In this document: positions 29,848 through 38,786 of the stretch, piece by piece | Numbering within the stretch: position 1 is the stretch's first letter | Layout of the letters: every line of letters begins with the position of its first letter | Notes under the pieces: model-generated | The model's database searches: none | What the model was told of the DNA's origin: nothing | Seen by the model: only the letters and a program-made list of their open reading frames with translations | DNA from: Bradymonadales bacterium | Lineage (GTDB): Bacteria; Bdellovibrionota; UBA2394 | Direction: 5' to 3' | NCBI GenBank assembly: GCA_007693605.1 | Contig: REDG01000020.1 | Coordinates: 1-42,319 of the forward strand | Length of the DNA stretch: 42,319 nt | Made by a program: the position numbers and the translations under genes

Positions 29848-31380
29848 CTAGCCAATGATTCTCTTTAAGCAAAACTCGAAACAGGTATTAGCTTCCTGCT
29901 CGACAAGATGCAACTCTGTCTGATGCTCTTTCAATATCTGCTGGCAAATCGGAAGCCCAAGACCTGTGCCCTCACCCGCCTTCTTTGTTGTAAAGAAGGG
30001 CTCAAAAATCTTCTCGCGAATTTCTTCAGGAACACCAGGCCCTGCATCCAAGACTTGAATCTTTAGCCGTTCGCCAAAGTCCTGACAGCGAATCTCAACG
30101 AACCTTTGTTCGGCCGTTGAGGCAGCAGAAAGAGCGTTGTTGATTAAATTCACAAGAACCTGACAGATTCCAATCTCATCGCACTCGACCTGCAGCTCAG
30201 CAGCCACTTCAATGCGTACAGAGACATCCCATCGGGTGGCATTGGACGAAGTGAGCATCACAGCTTCTTCTACGAGTTCTCTTAAGTTCTGAGGCTTAAA
30301 GCTCGGGACATCCTCTCGACGAGAAAATTTTCGCAGACTTTCAACAATCCGAGAAATTCTGTGGGTCGACTTCTCGATTTTTTCAAGGTAGTTTTTGACC
30401 AAGTCAGGATCGTCACCCTTTTTAGAAATCATCCCTCGAGCAGCCAAAATCACCGCCAGAGGGTTGTTGATCTCGTGCGCAATTCCTGCTGCCATTTCCC
30501 CTAGTGAAGCCAGCTTCGACGCATGAATGGACTTAGCTCTCTCATGATTCAGCTCTCTCTCTAGTTTCTTTCGGTCGGAGATGTCCTGACATGTTCCGAA
30601 AATCTCAAGCACATTCCCTTCAGGATCTTTCAATCCCTTGCCGCGGCACTCTAACCAAACTGGAGCAGAAGGATTTAACACCAGCCGACACTCAATAAAA
30701 AATTCATCTCCAGACTTGAAAGAGGACTGAACGGTTGACATCCAAAGCTCGCGATCTTCAGGATGAATCATGTTTTTCACATCCAAGAAATGAGGAAGAT
30801 CAGCGCTGTCTGAGATTTGAAACAGCCGCCTCATTTCGTCAGACCACCAGCTCAGCTTGCAAAGCGGAAAGTAAGCCCAACTGCCCAACTTGGCAGTCTC
30901 TTCTGATTGACTGAGATTCTTTTGAAGGCGCACCTCCTCTGTTACATCTAAAAAGATGCCATCCCAGAGCACGGAGCCGCAGTCTCCGCGACGGGGGTTA
31001 CTTCTAGCCGAGATCCATTTCACTTGGCCAGCTCGAGTTAAGATTCTTCCCGTCCACTTAAAGTCAGTCATTTCTCGAGCGCTTCTACGAATTCTTGAAA
31101 TCAGATCTTGGGCATCGTCTGGGTAGATCATCTTCATGAAAATGCCAGGATCTTTGTCGTAATCCTCTTTTGGAATTCCGAAGACAGCGCAAACACTCTG
31201 GCTCACAAAGGGGAATGTCATCTCTTCGGCGGGAGTCATCTGAAACTGGTAGACGCAACCGGGTGAATTCTCAATGAGACCCTCGAGCTGTGCCGTTCTT
31301 TCTCTCAGAAGCTGAGTCGTCGTATTTAAACGACCTTCTAAGTCTTCTGGCTTTTCTGTAGTAACGGCCTCTTTCTTCAT
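29848..31380 (-). CDS. Cytoplasmic PAS-PAS sensor histidine kinase
   Basis: Two PAS/PAC domains, H-box [22 protein letters not shown]. Confidence 0.93.
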   Translation of the reverse strand: MKKEAVTTEKPEDLEGRLNTTTQLLRERTAQLEGLIENSPGCVYQFQMTPAEEMTFPFVSQSVCAVFGIPKEDYDKDPGIFMKMIYPDDAQDLISRIRRSAREMTDFKWTGRILTRAGQVKWISARSNPRRGDCGSVLWDGIFLDVTEEVRLQKNLSQSEETAKLGSWAYFPLCKLSWWSDEMRRLFQISDSADLPHFLDVKNMIHPEDRELWMSTVQSSFKSGDEFFIECRLVLNPSAPVWLECRGKGLKDPEGNVLEIFGTCQDISDRKKLERELNHERAKSIHASKLASLGEMAAGIAHEINNPLAVILAARGMISKKGDDPDLVKNYLEKIEKSTHRISRIVESLRKFSRREDVPSFKPQNLRELVEEAVMLTSSNATRWDVSVRIEVAAELQVECDEIGICQVLVNLINNALSAASTAEQRFVEIRCQDFGERLKIQVLDAGPGVPEEIREKIFEPFFTTKKAGEGTGLGLPICQQILKEHQTELHLVEQEANTCFEFCLKRIIG

Positions 31381-33242
31381 GACTCTAGAGTCCCCTCAAT
31401 TTCACAAAGCCTTTTCGGCAAGCGAATCTCAAAGCAAGTATTGGGGCCCGAGTCATTCAACCGAATGCTTGCATGATGAGACTTTAAAATCCCCCTACAA
31501 ATCGAGAGCCCTAGTCCGGTGCCGGAGCCCACCTCCTTCGTCGTGAAAAAAGGCTCGAAAAGTCTATTCACAAATTCTTTAGAAATACCAGCCCCTGAAT
31601 CCTTTACTGATAGCAGCACCTCCTCTGACTGCTCGGTCAGACACAACTCCAACCACGCTCCGGGTTGCCCTCTCAATGCATCAATCGAGTTATTCATCAG
31701 GTTGACAAGAACTTGTTCGATCTCAATCTCATTGCAAAAGAACTTACAATCCACCTCCTGATTCAACCGAATCTCCACCCCACCTCTTGTGGCCCTCGAC
31801 TCCACCAAAGCGACCGACTCCGCTATAATATTTGAAAGCCTATGAAACCCCCGAGCATCGGCCGCCGAACTTCTCGAGAACCTCTTTAGGCCCCTCACAA
31901 TTCGAGACACCCGCCGACAAGACTTTTCAAGCACCTCAATCTTCTTTTGAAATCGTTCGGGTTGCTCACGATATCGCTCTAAAAGCTTTAGGTTGGCAGA
32001 AATAATAGACAAAGGGTTGTTGATTTCGTGAGCCACCCCAGCCGAAAGCTCGCCGAGCGAAGCCAATTTTGAAACCTGCAAGGTTTTGAGCCGCTCTTCC
32101 TGCAGACTCTGTTCAGCTTGAAGTCTCTCAGTCACATCTTGGCAGGTGCCAACAAGCCCCTCGAATTCCCCTGTCGATCTCCACTTCGCCTTTGCCCTCA
32201 ATTCAATCCAAGAAAATTCATTGCCGCAGCCCACGCGGCAGGTTGCATTGAGGGGCTGCCCCGACCGGATTGATCGTTCCAGTCCAGACTTCAACTCTCT
32301 TCGATCGTGGGGGTGAATATTCAAGAGAAGTCTCTCGTTCAGATTGTCTCTGGAACCAAAGAGGTCTGGTATAATCTCCCTCATTTGAGAACACCACTTC
32401 GAGCGCCGAAAATCTTGATGAAATGTCCATGTCCCCATTTTTGCCAGGGCCTTGGCTTCTGCGAGTTGCTGTTCCATATCTTCCATCTCTGTGACATCTC
32501 GGGCCGCTGCGTACAAAAGCTGAGACTCAAGATCTGGAGTCGTGTTCCAACTCAAAGTTCGATAGCTTCCGTCTTTTGTTCGGTAACGATTCTTGAACTG
32601 AATGGTGGTGCGCCCCGACCGCAAAGCCTCAATCTCTCTCAATGTTGGCTCAACATCGTCGGGATGAACAAAGTCGATAAAGGGTCGTTGCAAAAGTTCT
32701 CCGTCACTGTAACCCAGTCGTTCCCAAGCACGATTCAGCTTCTTGAAGCGGCCGTCGGTACCTGCAATACAAAGAAGCTCTGGGGCCGTTTCAAAGAAGG
32801 TGGCAAGCTCTTCTTGGGCTCGATCAAGCTTGAAACGGAGCGCCTTGGATTCGCTCCTTAACCTTCGGCGCTCCGTCACATCCGAGATGACAAGAACAAA
32901 CTGATCCGGATTGGGCGTCGGCATCGCTCGACACTCAAACCAGCGAGCTCCATCGTCGCCAGCCGTAAAGAGGTCCTGATATTCAAAAGCCTCCGCCAAT
33001 TGCCCCCGGTCCAATTCATCAATCGCCCGCTGAAGTGGCTCAATGAGATCAGCGGGCACAAGCTCCGACAGCTTCCGATTTCTCACCTCGCCTGGTGGAA
33101 TAAAAAGCGCTGAAACATCTCTGTACCAAAGCTGAACAACCCGCGTGTCTCTATCTACCAAGAAAGTGAGATCGCTGACCGCACTCAAGACCTCCTCTGT
33201 TGATGTTATTTTCTCTTCCAATTTTTCTAGTCTATCAGGCAT
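31377..33242 (-). CDS. Cytoplasmic triple-PAS sensor histidine kinase
   Basis: Three PAS domains, [22 protein letters not shown]. The ATG at 33242 is coupled to the upstream regulator's stop. Confidence 0.93.
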   Translation of the reverse strand: MPDRLEKLEEKITSTEEVLSAVSDLTFLVDRDTRVVQLWYRDVSALFIPPGEVRNRKLSELVPADLIEPLQRAIDELDRGQLAEAFEYQDLFTAGDDGARWFECRAMPTPNPDQFVLVISDVTERRRLRSESKALRFKLDRAQEELATFFETAPELLCIAGTDGRFKKLNRAWERLGYSDGELLQRPFIDFVHPDDVEPTLREIEALRSGRTTIQFKNRYRTKDGSYRTLSWNTTPDLESQLLYAAARDVTEMEDMEQQLAEAKALAKMGTWTFHQDFRRSKWCSQMREIIPDLFGSRDNLNERLLLNIHPHDRRELKSGLERSIRSGQPLNATCRVGCGNEFSWIELRAKAKWRSTGEFEGLVGTCQDVTERLQAEQSLQEERLKTLQVSKLASLGELSAGVAHEINNPLSIISANLKLLERYREQPERFQKKIEVLEKSCRRVSRIVRGLKRFSRSSAADARGFHRLSNIIAESVALVESRATRGGVEIRLNQEVDCKFFCNEIEIEQVLVNLMNNSIDALRGQPGAWLELCLTEQSEEVLLSVKDSGAGISKEFVNRLFEPFFTTKEVGSGTGLGLSICRGILKSHHASIRLNDSGPNTCFEIRLPKRLCEIEGTLES

Positions 33243-33618
33243 CACGCACCTTCTGCTTCGAAAGCCGAGACTGATAGTGTCTAAGAAGCCTCTCAATGTC
33301 GCTCACTTCGAAAGGCTTCTCAATGATCTGCTCAAAGGGATAACTCGTTGTAATCGCAATTTCACCAGTCAACAAGATCTTCGGAATATGATCGGGCATT
33401 TCTCTCGCAACCTGATCTCCAAGTACTCCGGGTAAGCGATAGTCGAGAAAAATCAAATCAGGATTTCTCTTCTTTGAAAAGGCAACCGCTTCATGAACTT
33501 GAGAGAATGTGGAAATCTTGAAATCGCTCGTCTCGAAATAATCTTGAAAGAACTCGCACAGCTCTTTTTCGTCATCCAAAAAGAGAACCTGAAGCGGCTG
33601 ATGGGTGGTTATGGCCAT
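33235..33618 (-). CDS. Single-domain response regulator
   Basis: FLDDE, FLDYRLP, EKPF motifs. Confidence 0.9.
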   Translation of the reverse strand: MAITTHQPLQVLFLDDEKELCEFFQDYFETSDFKISTFSQVHEAVAFSKKRNPDLIFLDYRLPGVLGDQVAREMPDHIPKILLTGEIAITTSYPFEQIIEKPFEVSDIERLLRHYQSRLSKQKVRDA

Positions 33619-33654
33619 TCAAAAAAACCTCAAAGTCCCACAAAAAAGACCCCA

Positions 33655-35205
33655 TTAAACAGACTTTTGCAAGCTTAAACGCAAGCCCTTCGGAAGGGCC
33701 CAGCGCTCTGAGAAGTCAAAAATGCCCTGGACCAAAAGGGCCATAAGAGCGGCCGGCAACGCTCCGTGAAGAATCGTCCAGGCGTCGTTGATCGCGAGCC
33801 CGCGCAAGATGAAATCTCCATAGCCTCCGGCGCCAATAAATGCGGCCAAAGTGGCGGTGCCCACACTGATGACAGCGGAGGTCTTAATTCCGGCAAGAAT
33901 ACTGGGAGAAGCCAGCGGTAACTCGATCCAGAAAAGCCGTCGTCTGCCCTCCAGACCCAAGACAAAAGCCGTCTCTCGAAGGCTCTTGGGGATCTGCTCT
34001 ACTCCCAAATAGGTGTTTCGAACAATGGGCAAGAGCGCATACAAAATCATGGCAACAAGGGCGGGCAGTACTCCAATTCCTAAGATGGGAATCAAGAAGC
34101 CCAAAAGGGCAAGAGAAGGAATGGTCTGAAAAATTCCTGTGGTGGACAAAATCAACTGCTCCAATAGCTTTGAGTGGTGGGCCAAGAAGCCCAAAGGGAC
34201 AGCAATCAGAATCGAAAAAATCAGAGAGATCACAACCAAAAAAACATGCTCTTTGGTGCGAAGCCACAACTCTTGTACAAAGATCGGACGGCTGAAGCCT
34301 GAGATTTCTATGGATTCGCCAAAGTGCACTCGTGCTGCATCTTCAATTGTCATTCGATCGATATCCACCATGGCATTGAGCTCAATCATTTTCGACTCTG
34401 AAAACTGACCCTCTAAGGTCTTCAAAAGCTCCCAAGCTTCTGGAGCCCTTTCTGTAGACTCTAAATTGGCCAGAATAACGGCATCGTATCGAGGAAAGAA
34501 TTCGAGATCGTCTTCAAGCAGTAAGAGATCCAATGCTCCAAGTTTTGCATCTGTCGTATAAACATCCATCAAGTCAATCGAGCCGCTATCTAAAGCATCG
34601 TAAGCGAGACTGTGCTCCATGCCGCGCACCCGAGACATTGCAAGAGAGTAAGCTTCAGTCAGAGCGTAGAACCCGTCCGACCGGTCTAGAAACTCATAAC
34701 TGACCCCCACTCGCAAATTGGGGTGATTAACAAGATCTGAGATGTTTCGAACACCCAATTCCTCGGCATGAGCCCGTCTCATCGCAAGAGCATAAGTATT
34801 GTTAAACCCAAGCGGATCAGAAATTGTCATGCCTAATTCTGTCAGAGCTTCTCGCAGCTCTGGAATGGACTTGAGCTCTGGTCTTTGAAGTAAAGCCTCT
34901 GCAAGTGTTCCCGTATACTCTGGATAAAAATCGAGATGCCCCGTGCGCACGGCCTCGAAAACAATGCCAGAACCTCCCATGCCCAATCGACGGTCGACCC
35001 TCCAAGCCGACTTCTCTCGCTCAATCACCTGGGCAAGGATCTCTCCTAGAATATAACTCTCGGTAAAAGTCTTGGAGCCCACTCGGAGTCTTTCTTGGGA
35101 ATACAAATCTTCGGACGCAGCAAAAACCGAAATCAAAAGTGCTGCAAAACAAAGAGATCCTTTGAGGCGGTCAAAAGCCCTTGCCACTCGATCAAGACAT
35201 TTCAA
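33655..35205 (-). CDS. Glycine betaine/choline-type ABC transporter, fused substrate-binding and permease protein
   Basis: VGSKTFTESYILGE, YPEYTGT, GFNNTYAL, FFPRYDA, then a TM domain with QTIPSLAL and LAAFIGAGGYG. Confidence 0.92.
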   Translation of the reverse strand: MKCLDRVARAFDRLKGSLCFAALLISVFAASEDLYSQERLRVGSKTFTESYILGEILAQVIEREKSAWRVDRRLGMGGSGIVFEAVRTGHLDFYPEYTGTLAEALLQRPELKSIPELREALTELGMTISDPLGFNNTYALAMRRAHAEELGVRNISDLVNHPNLRVGVSYEFLDRSDGFYALTEAYSLAMSRVRGMEHSLAYDALDSGSIDLMDVYTTDAKLGALDLLLLEDDLEFFPRYDAVILANLESTERAPEAWELLKTLEGQFSESKMIELNAMVDIDRMTIEDAARVHFGESIEISGFSRPIFVQELWLRTKEHVFLVVISLIFSILIAVPLGFLAHHSKLLEQLILSTTGIFQTIPSLALLGFLIPILGIGVLPALVAMILYALLPIVRNTYLGVEQIPKSLRETAFVLGLEGRRRLFWIELPLASPSILAGIKTSAVISVGTATLAAFIGAGGYGDFILRGLAINDAWTILHGALPAALMALLVQGIFDFSERWALPKGLRLSLQKSV

Positions 35206-35933
35206 CTGGCCGCACTCCTTTGGGATTGAACGAAACGAGAGACAAACTCTGAAGCTGGTCTCGACTGAAAATCTTCCAAGAGCCCACTCTGAACAATTTG
35301 ACCTTCATTCAACAAATAAATCTTGTGCCCAAGCTTGACCGCCTCCCGAAGGTCGTGAGTGACAAAAACCACCGTTTTTTCGAGTCGTCTAAAGATTTTC
35401 AAAAGATCCTCCTGAAGGTCCCCTCGAATCAAGGGGTCGAGAGCAGACAGTGGCTCGTCCATCAAGAGATAAGGCGGATTGAGAATAAGCGCTCGCATCA
35501 AGCTCACTCGCTGCTGTTGGCCCCCACTCAATTGAAAAGGGTATTTTTCTAGCATTTCTGGCTCTAGTTGAACGAGCTCTGAGAGTTCATCGATCCGGCT
35601 CTTTACTTTCTGTGGAGACCACGCCGCACAACGAGCCGGCAGCTCCACATTTTGAAAGGCCGTAAAATGAGGAAACAAAGAGAACTTTTGAATCACGTAA
35701 CCAAAGAGTTGGCTTCGCTCAAAGAGGGAATAAGCCGACAAGGGCTTGGTCTCTAAATGAACTTCGCCTTCATCCGGTCGGGTGAGCCCAATAATCATCC
35801 GCAAGAGAGTCGACTTTCCGCATCCGCTACTGCCCAGCAATACATGGGTTTTGGCCTCTTCGAACTGGAGACTCAGATCACTCAGAACCGGCTGAGAAGA
35901 AAAGGACTTAGAAACACTCTTTAGCTCAATCAC
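35202..35933 (-). CDS. Osmoprotectant ABC transporter ATP-binding subunit
   Basis: GSSGCGKS, LSGGQQQR, LLMDEP, VTHD motifs. Confidence 0.93.
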   Translation of the reverse strand: MIELKSVSKSFSSQPVLSDLSLQFEEAKTHVLLGSSGCGKSTLLRMIIGLTRPDEGEVHLETKPLSAYSLFERSQLFGYVIQKFSLFPHFTAFQNVELPARCAAWSPQKVKSRIDELSELVQLEPEMLEKYPFQLSGGQQQRVSLMRALILNPPYLLMDEPLSALDPLIRGDLQEDLLKIFRRLEKTVVFVTHDLREAVKLGHKIYLLNEGQIVQSGLLEDFQSRPASEFVSRFVQSQRSAAS

Positions 35934-36066
35934 GGCTTTTGACCCTAGCGGCTGGAGCGGAGGCTCTCAAGGCAAAGATCCCCTGAATTCAGTCCAAAAA
36001 GCCATCACAAGCTTGCTCCATCCTCAAGAGACGATAGCGACCTGAAGCTTCTAATCTGCTGGGAAA

Positions 36067-36085
36067 AGCCAACAGCCTGTTGGCT
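36067..36085. promoter_or_regulatory. Perfect 9-bp inverted repeat, candidate activator site
   Basis: AGCCAACAG-C-CTGTTGGCT, about 60 bp upstream of the sigma-54 motif. Confidence 0.4.
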
Positions 36086-36142
36086 GAGACCAACAAGTCA
36101 TCGCTCAAGAGCCCAAATTTGGACAATAGAGGGCCTTAGTTT

Positions 36143-36159
36143 CTGGCACGCAATCTGCA
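36143..36159 (+). promoter_or_regulatory. Sigma-54 (-24/-12) promoter
   Basis: CTGGCACGCAATCTGCA, GG-N10-GC with TGGCACG, 57 bp upstream of the tube gene ATG. Confidence 0.7.
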
Positions 36160-36216
36160 GTGATATGAAGCCAAAAGGCAAGCGAACAACGAAACCAATG
36201 AAAGGAACAATTGATA

Positions 36217-36645
36217 ATGAGTGAATCAGCTGAGGCATTTTCAGTAGCAAAGTTTGAAGTCAACCTCGAAGGTCTTCAGGCCAAGGACTTCTCGTCCGTG
36301 AGTGGCTTAGCCATGAGCACAGAGGCCCTTCCACTTCAAGAAGGAGCCATGCACGAAAAAACGACCAGAAAAGGGCGCACACGCTATCGCAATCTGAGCT
36401 TGAGCCGAATCTTTACCGGCGACAAAGAGCTCGTCCAGTGGTTTCAGCGCTGCGCTCGAGCCTCTCTCGAAAAACGATCGGGCTCCATCATTCTAAAAGA
36501 TGAAGATCATCGAGAAGTTCTGCGATTTAATGTTCGGCAAGCCTGGCCCATTCACTGGGAGGGCCCCGACTTCTTTGCTCAGCAACCGAATCAACTGGCC
36601 TACGAAACCATCGTCTTAGATGTAGAAGAGATTGAGGTGGAGTAA
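36217..36645 (+). CDS. Contractile-tail tube protein (T4 gp19-like, Afp1/Afp5-type)
   Basis: FSSVSGL, EG, NLSLSR, L.QW, KRSGSIIL.D, RFN..QAWP..WEGP, LAYETI.L; 142 aa. Confidence 0.88.
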   Translation: MSESAEAFSVAKFEVNLEGLQAKDFSSVSGLAMSTEALPLQEGAMHEKTTRKGRTRYRNLSLSRIFTGDKELVQWFQRCARASLEKRSGSIILKDEDHREVLRFNVRQAWPIHWEGPDFFAQQPNQLAYETIVLDVEEIEVE

Positions 36646-36647
36646 AG

Positions 36648-37634
36648 ATGGAGCTTGTTTGCCGCAAAGATCCAGACATCTTCGCCTTGCTCTACCGCGT
36701 CCAAAACGGCGACACGATCTCGCGCATTCTCTACCAGTTTCCGGCTCTCAAGAACAATCCAGAGGCCTACCGCCGAGCCCTGCAAAGCCTCAAACTTCTG
36801 AACCCACACCTGACAAATCTCGACCTTATTTTTCCCGGAGACATTCTCTTGTTGCCCCCCTTCACACGGTTTACACTTGGGGGAACTCTCGAAGCAGAAC
36901 TCATCCATCAAGCGCAAGAGATTCATGAAAGCCTTCAAGCGCAGGACCATAAAACAAAGGGCGTTCTCTTTGAATACTGGCCATCCATCTCGGCTGCGAT
37001 GAAACTCGCTCTACCCGGAAAAACCATCCTCGAAGCACTCGACGACCTGGCTGGACCTTTATCGAAAACAGCCTTTCAATATAGTCTTCGCCCGATCAGA
37101 TATATTCAAACAGATTTCTATCGCTTGCAGCAAATCTTCGTGCAGCAAACCCGTGAGTCTCTTCGAATTCTTGAAATCAACTACACACGAATCGAACAAC
37201 GATCGATCGTCGTCATCCAAAGCAGCCAAACCCGCTTCCGAGACTTCGCTCGCCACTTGAAGATCATGTTAGACTATGCCAAGGCTCTGCACTTGAAGAA
37301 ACTGCTGCCTATTGTAGGTTACACCCCAGAGGGAGTAGAAGGTATCGAGCTTGCACAACGAGGGCGCTATGCCGACTCAGCAAAAGTCGTGACCCGAGAC
37401 ATCATCATTCCGGTGGGCTCAGTCGGAATCGGAGCAAAGTGGGTGGGCCCCGCTTGCATTGCTAAAATCGCCATAGGAACTACCGCCGGAGGAGTTGGCG
37501 CCATTCCAGGCACAATCGGTTGTATTGGACTTGGAATCGTCACGGCCTTCGGATTAAATTCAAGCCTTCAATGGGGTTTTGACTGGGGATCCCGTAAGCT
37601 GGGCTTTCCCCAAGAAAGAGAAGTAGATAGATGA
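36648..37634 (+). CDS. LysM-domain protein with Gly-rich hydrophobic C-terminus (putative pore-forming effector)
   Basis: LysM YRVQNGDTISRI...LNP.L.NLDLIFPGDILLLP; C-terminal GPACIAKIAIGTTAGGVGAIPGTIGCIGLGIVTAFGL. Confidence 0.7.
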   Translation: MELVCRKDPDIFALLYRVQNGDTISRILYQFPALKNNPEAYRRALQSLKLLNPHLTNLDLIFPGDILLLPPFTRFTLGGTLEAELIHQAQEIHESLQAQDHKTKGVLFEYWPSISAAMKLALPGKTILEALDDLAGPLSKTAFQYSLRPIRYIQTDFYRLQQIFVQQTRESLRILEINYTRIEQRSIVVIQSSQTRFRDFARHLKIMLDYAKALHLKKLLPIVGYTPEGVEGIELAQRGRYADSAKVVTRDIIIPVGSVGIGAKWVGPACIAKIAIGTTAGGVGAIPGTIGCIGLGIVTAFGLNSSLQWGFDWGSRKLGFPQEREVDR

Positions 37635-38518
37635 GCTTGATTCAACTTGGCTTTTTTATGCCATTCGCTGTGATTGGTTTTCCATTGGTGTTTCTACTCT
37701 TTTTTGGATGGTATCCCTGTGGAAAGTATCATGAAAAGTGGCTTTCTCGTCTGAATTTTCCAAACCACGGTTATAAACCTGAGTTTTTTGTTTGGTTCGG
37801 AATTGCTTCAACCTACTTTCTCTATGCGAGGGCCTTTTTTTCTGACGCCTTCTCGAAACGCTATTTTGATATGAGCAAGAGAGAGTTTCGCTCAGAAGCG
37901 AACTTGATTATGAAGGTCTATGTTGTCATGGGTGCTTTGGCGACTTTTAGTCTTCCAATATTCGTCGCTCAGCTGCTTGCGTTTCCCATTATGACACTGC
38001 CCGATAGTGACCCTGACTATATAAGAGACGGCCTTCCAGCCTGGTCCACAATGACGGAAATGTTCAAACAGGCCTGGGAGCTTGGATTGGCCGAAAGCCT
38101 TTCTCTGCTTCTTCGTCTACTCGCCGCCATCGCTTGGATCAGCTGGCTCTGTATCATCAATTTCACACTACTTGGAATCTTCTGTGTGATGATCCCCCTT
38201 GATGACCGATGGGCTGGCATCCTTGACCCAGATGAAAAGGACTGGAAGGTGGTCCCCAATCTTCTCGGGCCCATAGGCTCTCCATACCGATTCCCCCTCC
38301 GAACCCTGGCCTACGGCCGAGCGATCGTCTCGAATCGCTATGCGCAGAAACGCTTTCAAATCTCGAGTGAGACCCTGCGAGAAAGTCTGAACGCCGCCCA
38401 GATTGCATTCTGCAGCCTTCTTGCTGCATGCAGCTATCTGCTTTGGCCAACAATTATCTTGATCTGGACTCTCGGCGCCACCGCTTTGCTGTTTCCTTCC
38501 CTCTTTGGAGCCCTCTAG
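37631..38518 (+). CDS. Internally duplicated membrane protein (putative immunity protein)
   Basis: ATGA overlap with the LysM gene; two similar halves (YARAFFSDAFSKRYF vs YGRAIVSNRYAQKRF), each flanked by TM helices. Confidence 0.65.
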   Translation: MSLIQLGFFMPFAVIGFPLVFLLFFGWYPCGKYHEKWLSRLNFPNHGYKPEFFVWFGIASTYFLYARAFFSDAFSKRYFDMSKREFRSEANLIMKVYVVMGALATFSLPIFVAQLLAFPIMTLPDSDPDYIRDGLPAWSTMTEMFKQAWELGLAESLSLLLRLLAAIAWISWLCIINFTLLGIFCVMIPLDDRWAGILDPDEKDWKVVPNLLGPIGSPYRFPLRTLAYGRAIVSNRYAQKRFQISSETLRESLNAAQIAFCSLLAACSYLLWPTIILIWTLGATALLFPSLFGAL

Positions 38519-38718
38519 GATATGGACAGCTTCTTCGATCCCCTGGTGGGCTCATCTTAGCCACAAGTATAAGGGCCTCAGAGAACTCCACCACTAGCCT
38601 CCGCCAAGCAAGCCCTCTGTCCTCCTAGACCCACTTTTTTGCGGGGTCTGAGACTTCAAAACTATGAAGAATATTGCGGAGCCTTGGCTATAGGGCCCCT
38701 GAATGACAATTTTTGTCA

Positions 38719-38734
38719 CGGCATGCTCTTTGCA
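38719..38734 (+). promoter_or_regulatory. Sigma-54 (-24/-12) promoter
   Basis: CGGCATGCTCTTTGCA, GG-N10-GC with TTGCA, 52 bp upstream of the SD-preceded ATG at 38787. Confidence 0.6.
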
Positions 38735-38786
38735 TTTTCAAGGCCTCGTGAGTGGAAAAATGGAATTGTCTGTGGAGGGCCCTAGA

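Noticed and set aside
36217..38518. Prophage
   Set aside because: No integrase, terminase, capsid, portal, sheath or lysis genes; the flanking genes are cellular.
38703..38786. N-terminal extension of the lectin lipoprotein given by the ORF track (similar extensions at 24309, 1577, 33296 and 20755)
   Set aside because: Promoter motif, SD, lipobox position or stop/start coupling favour the downstream starts.
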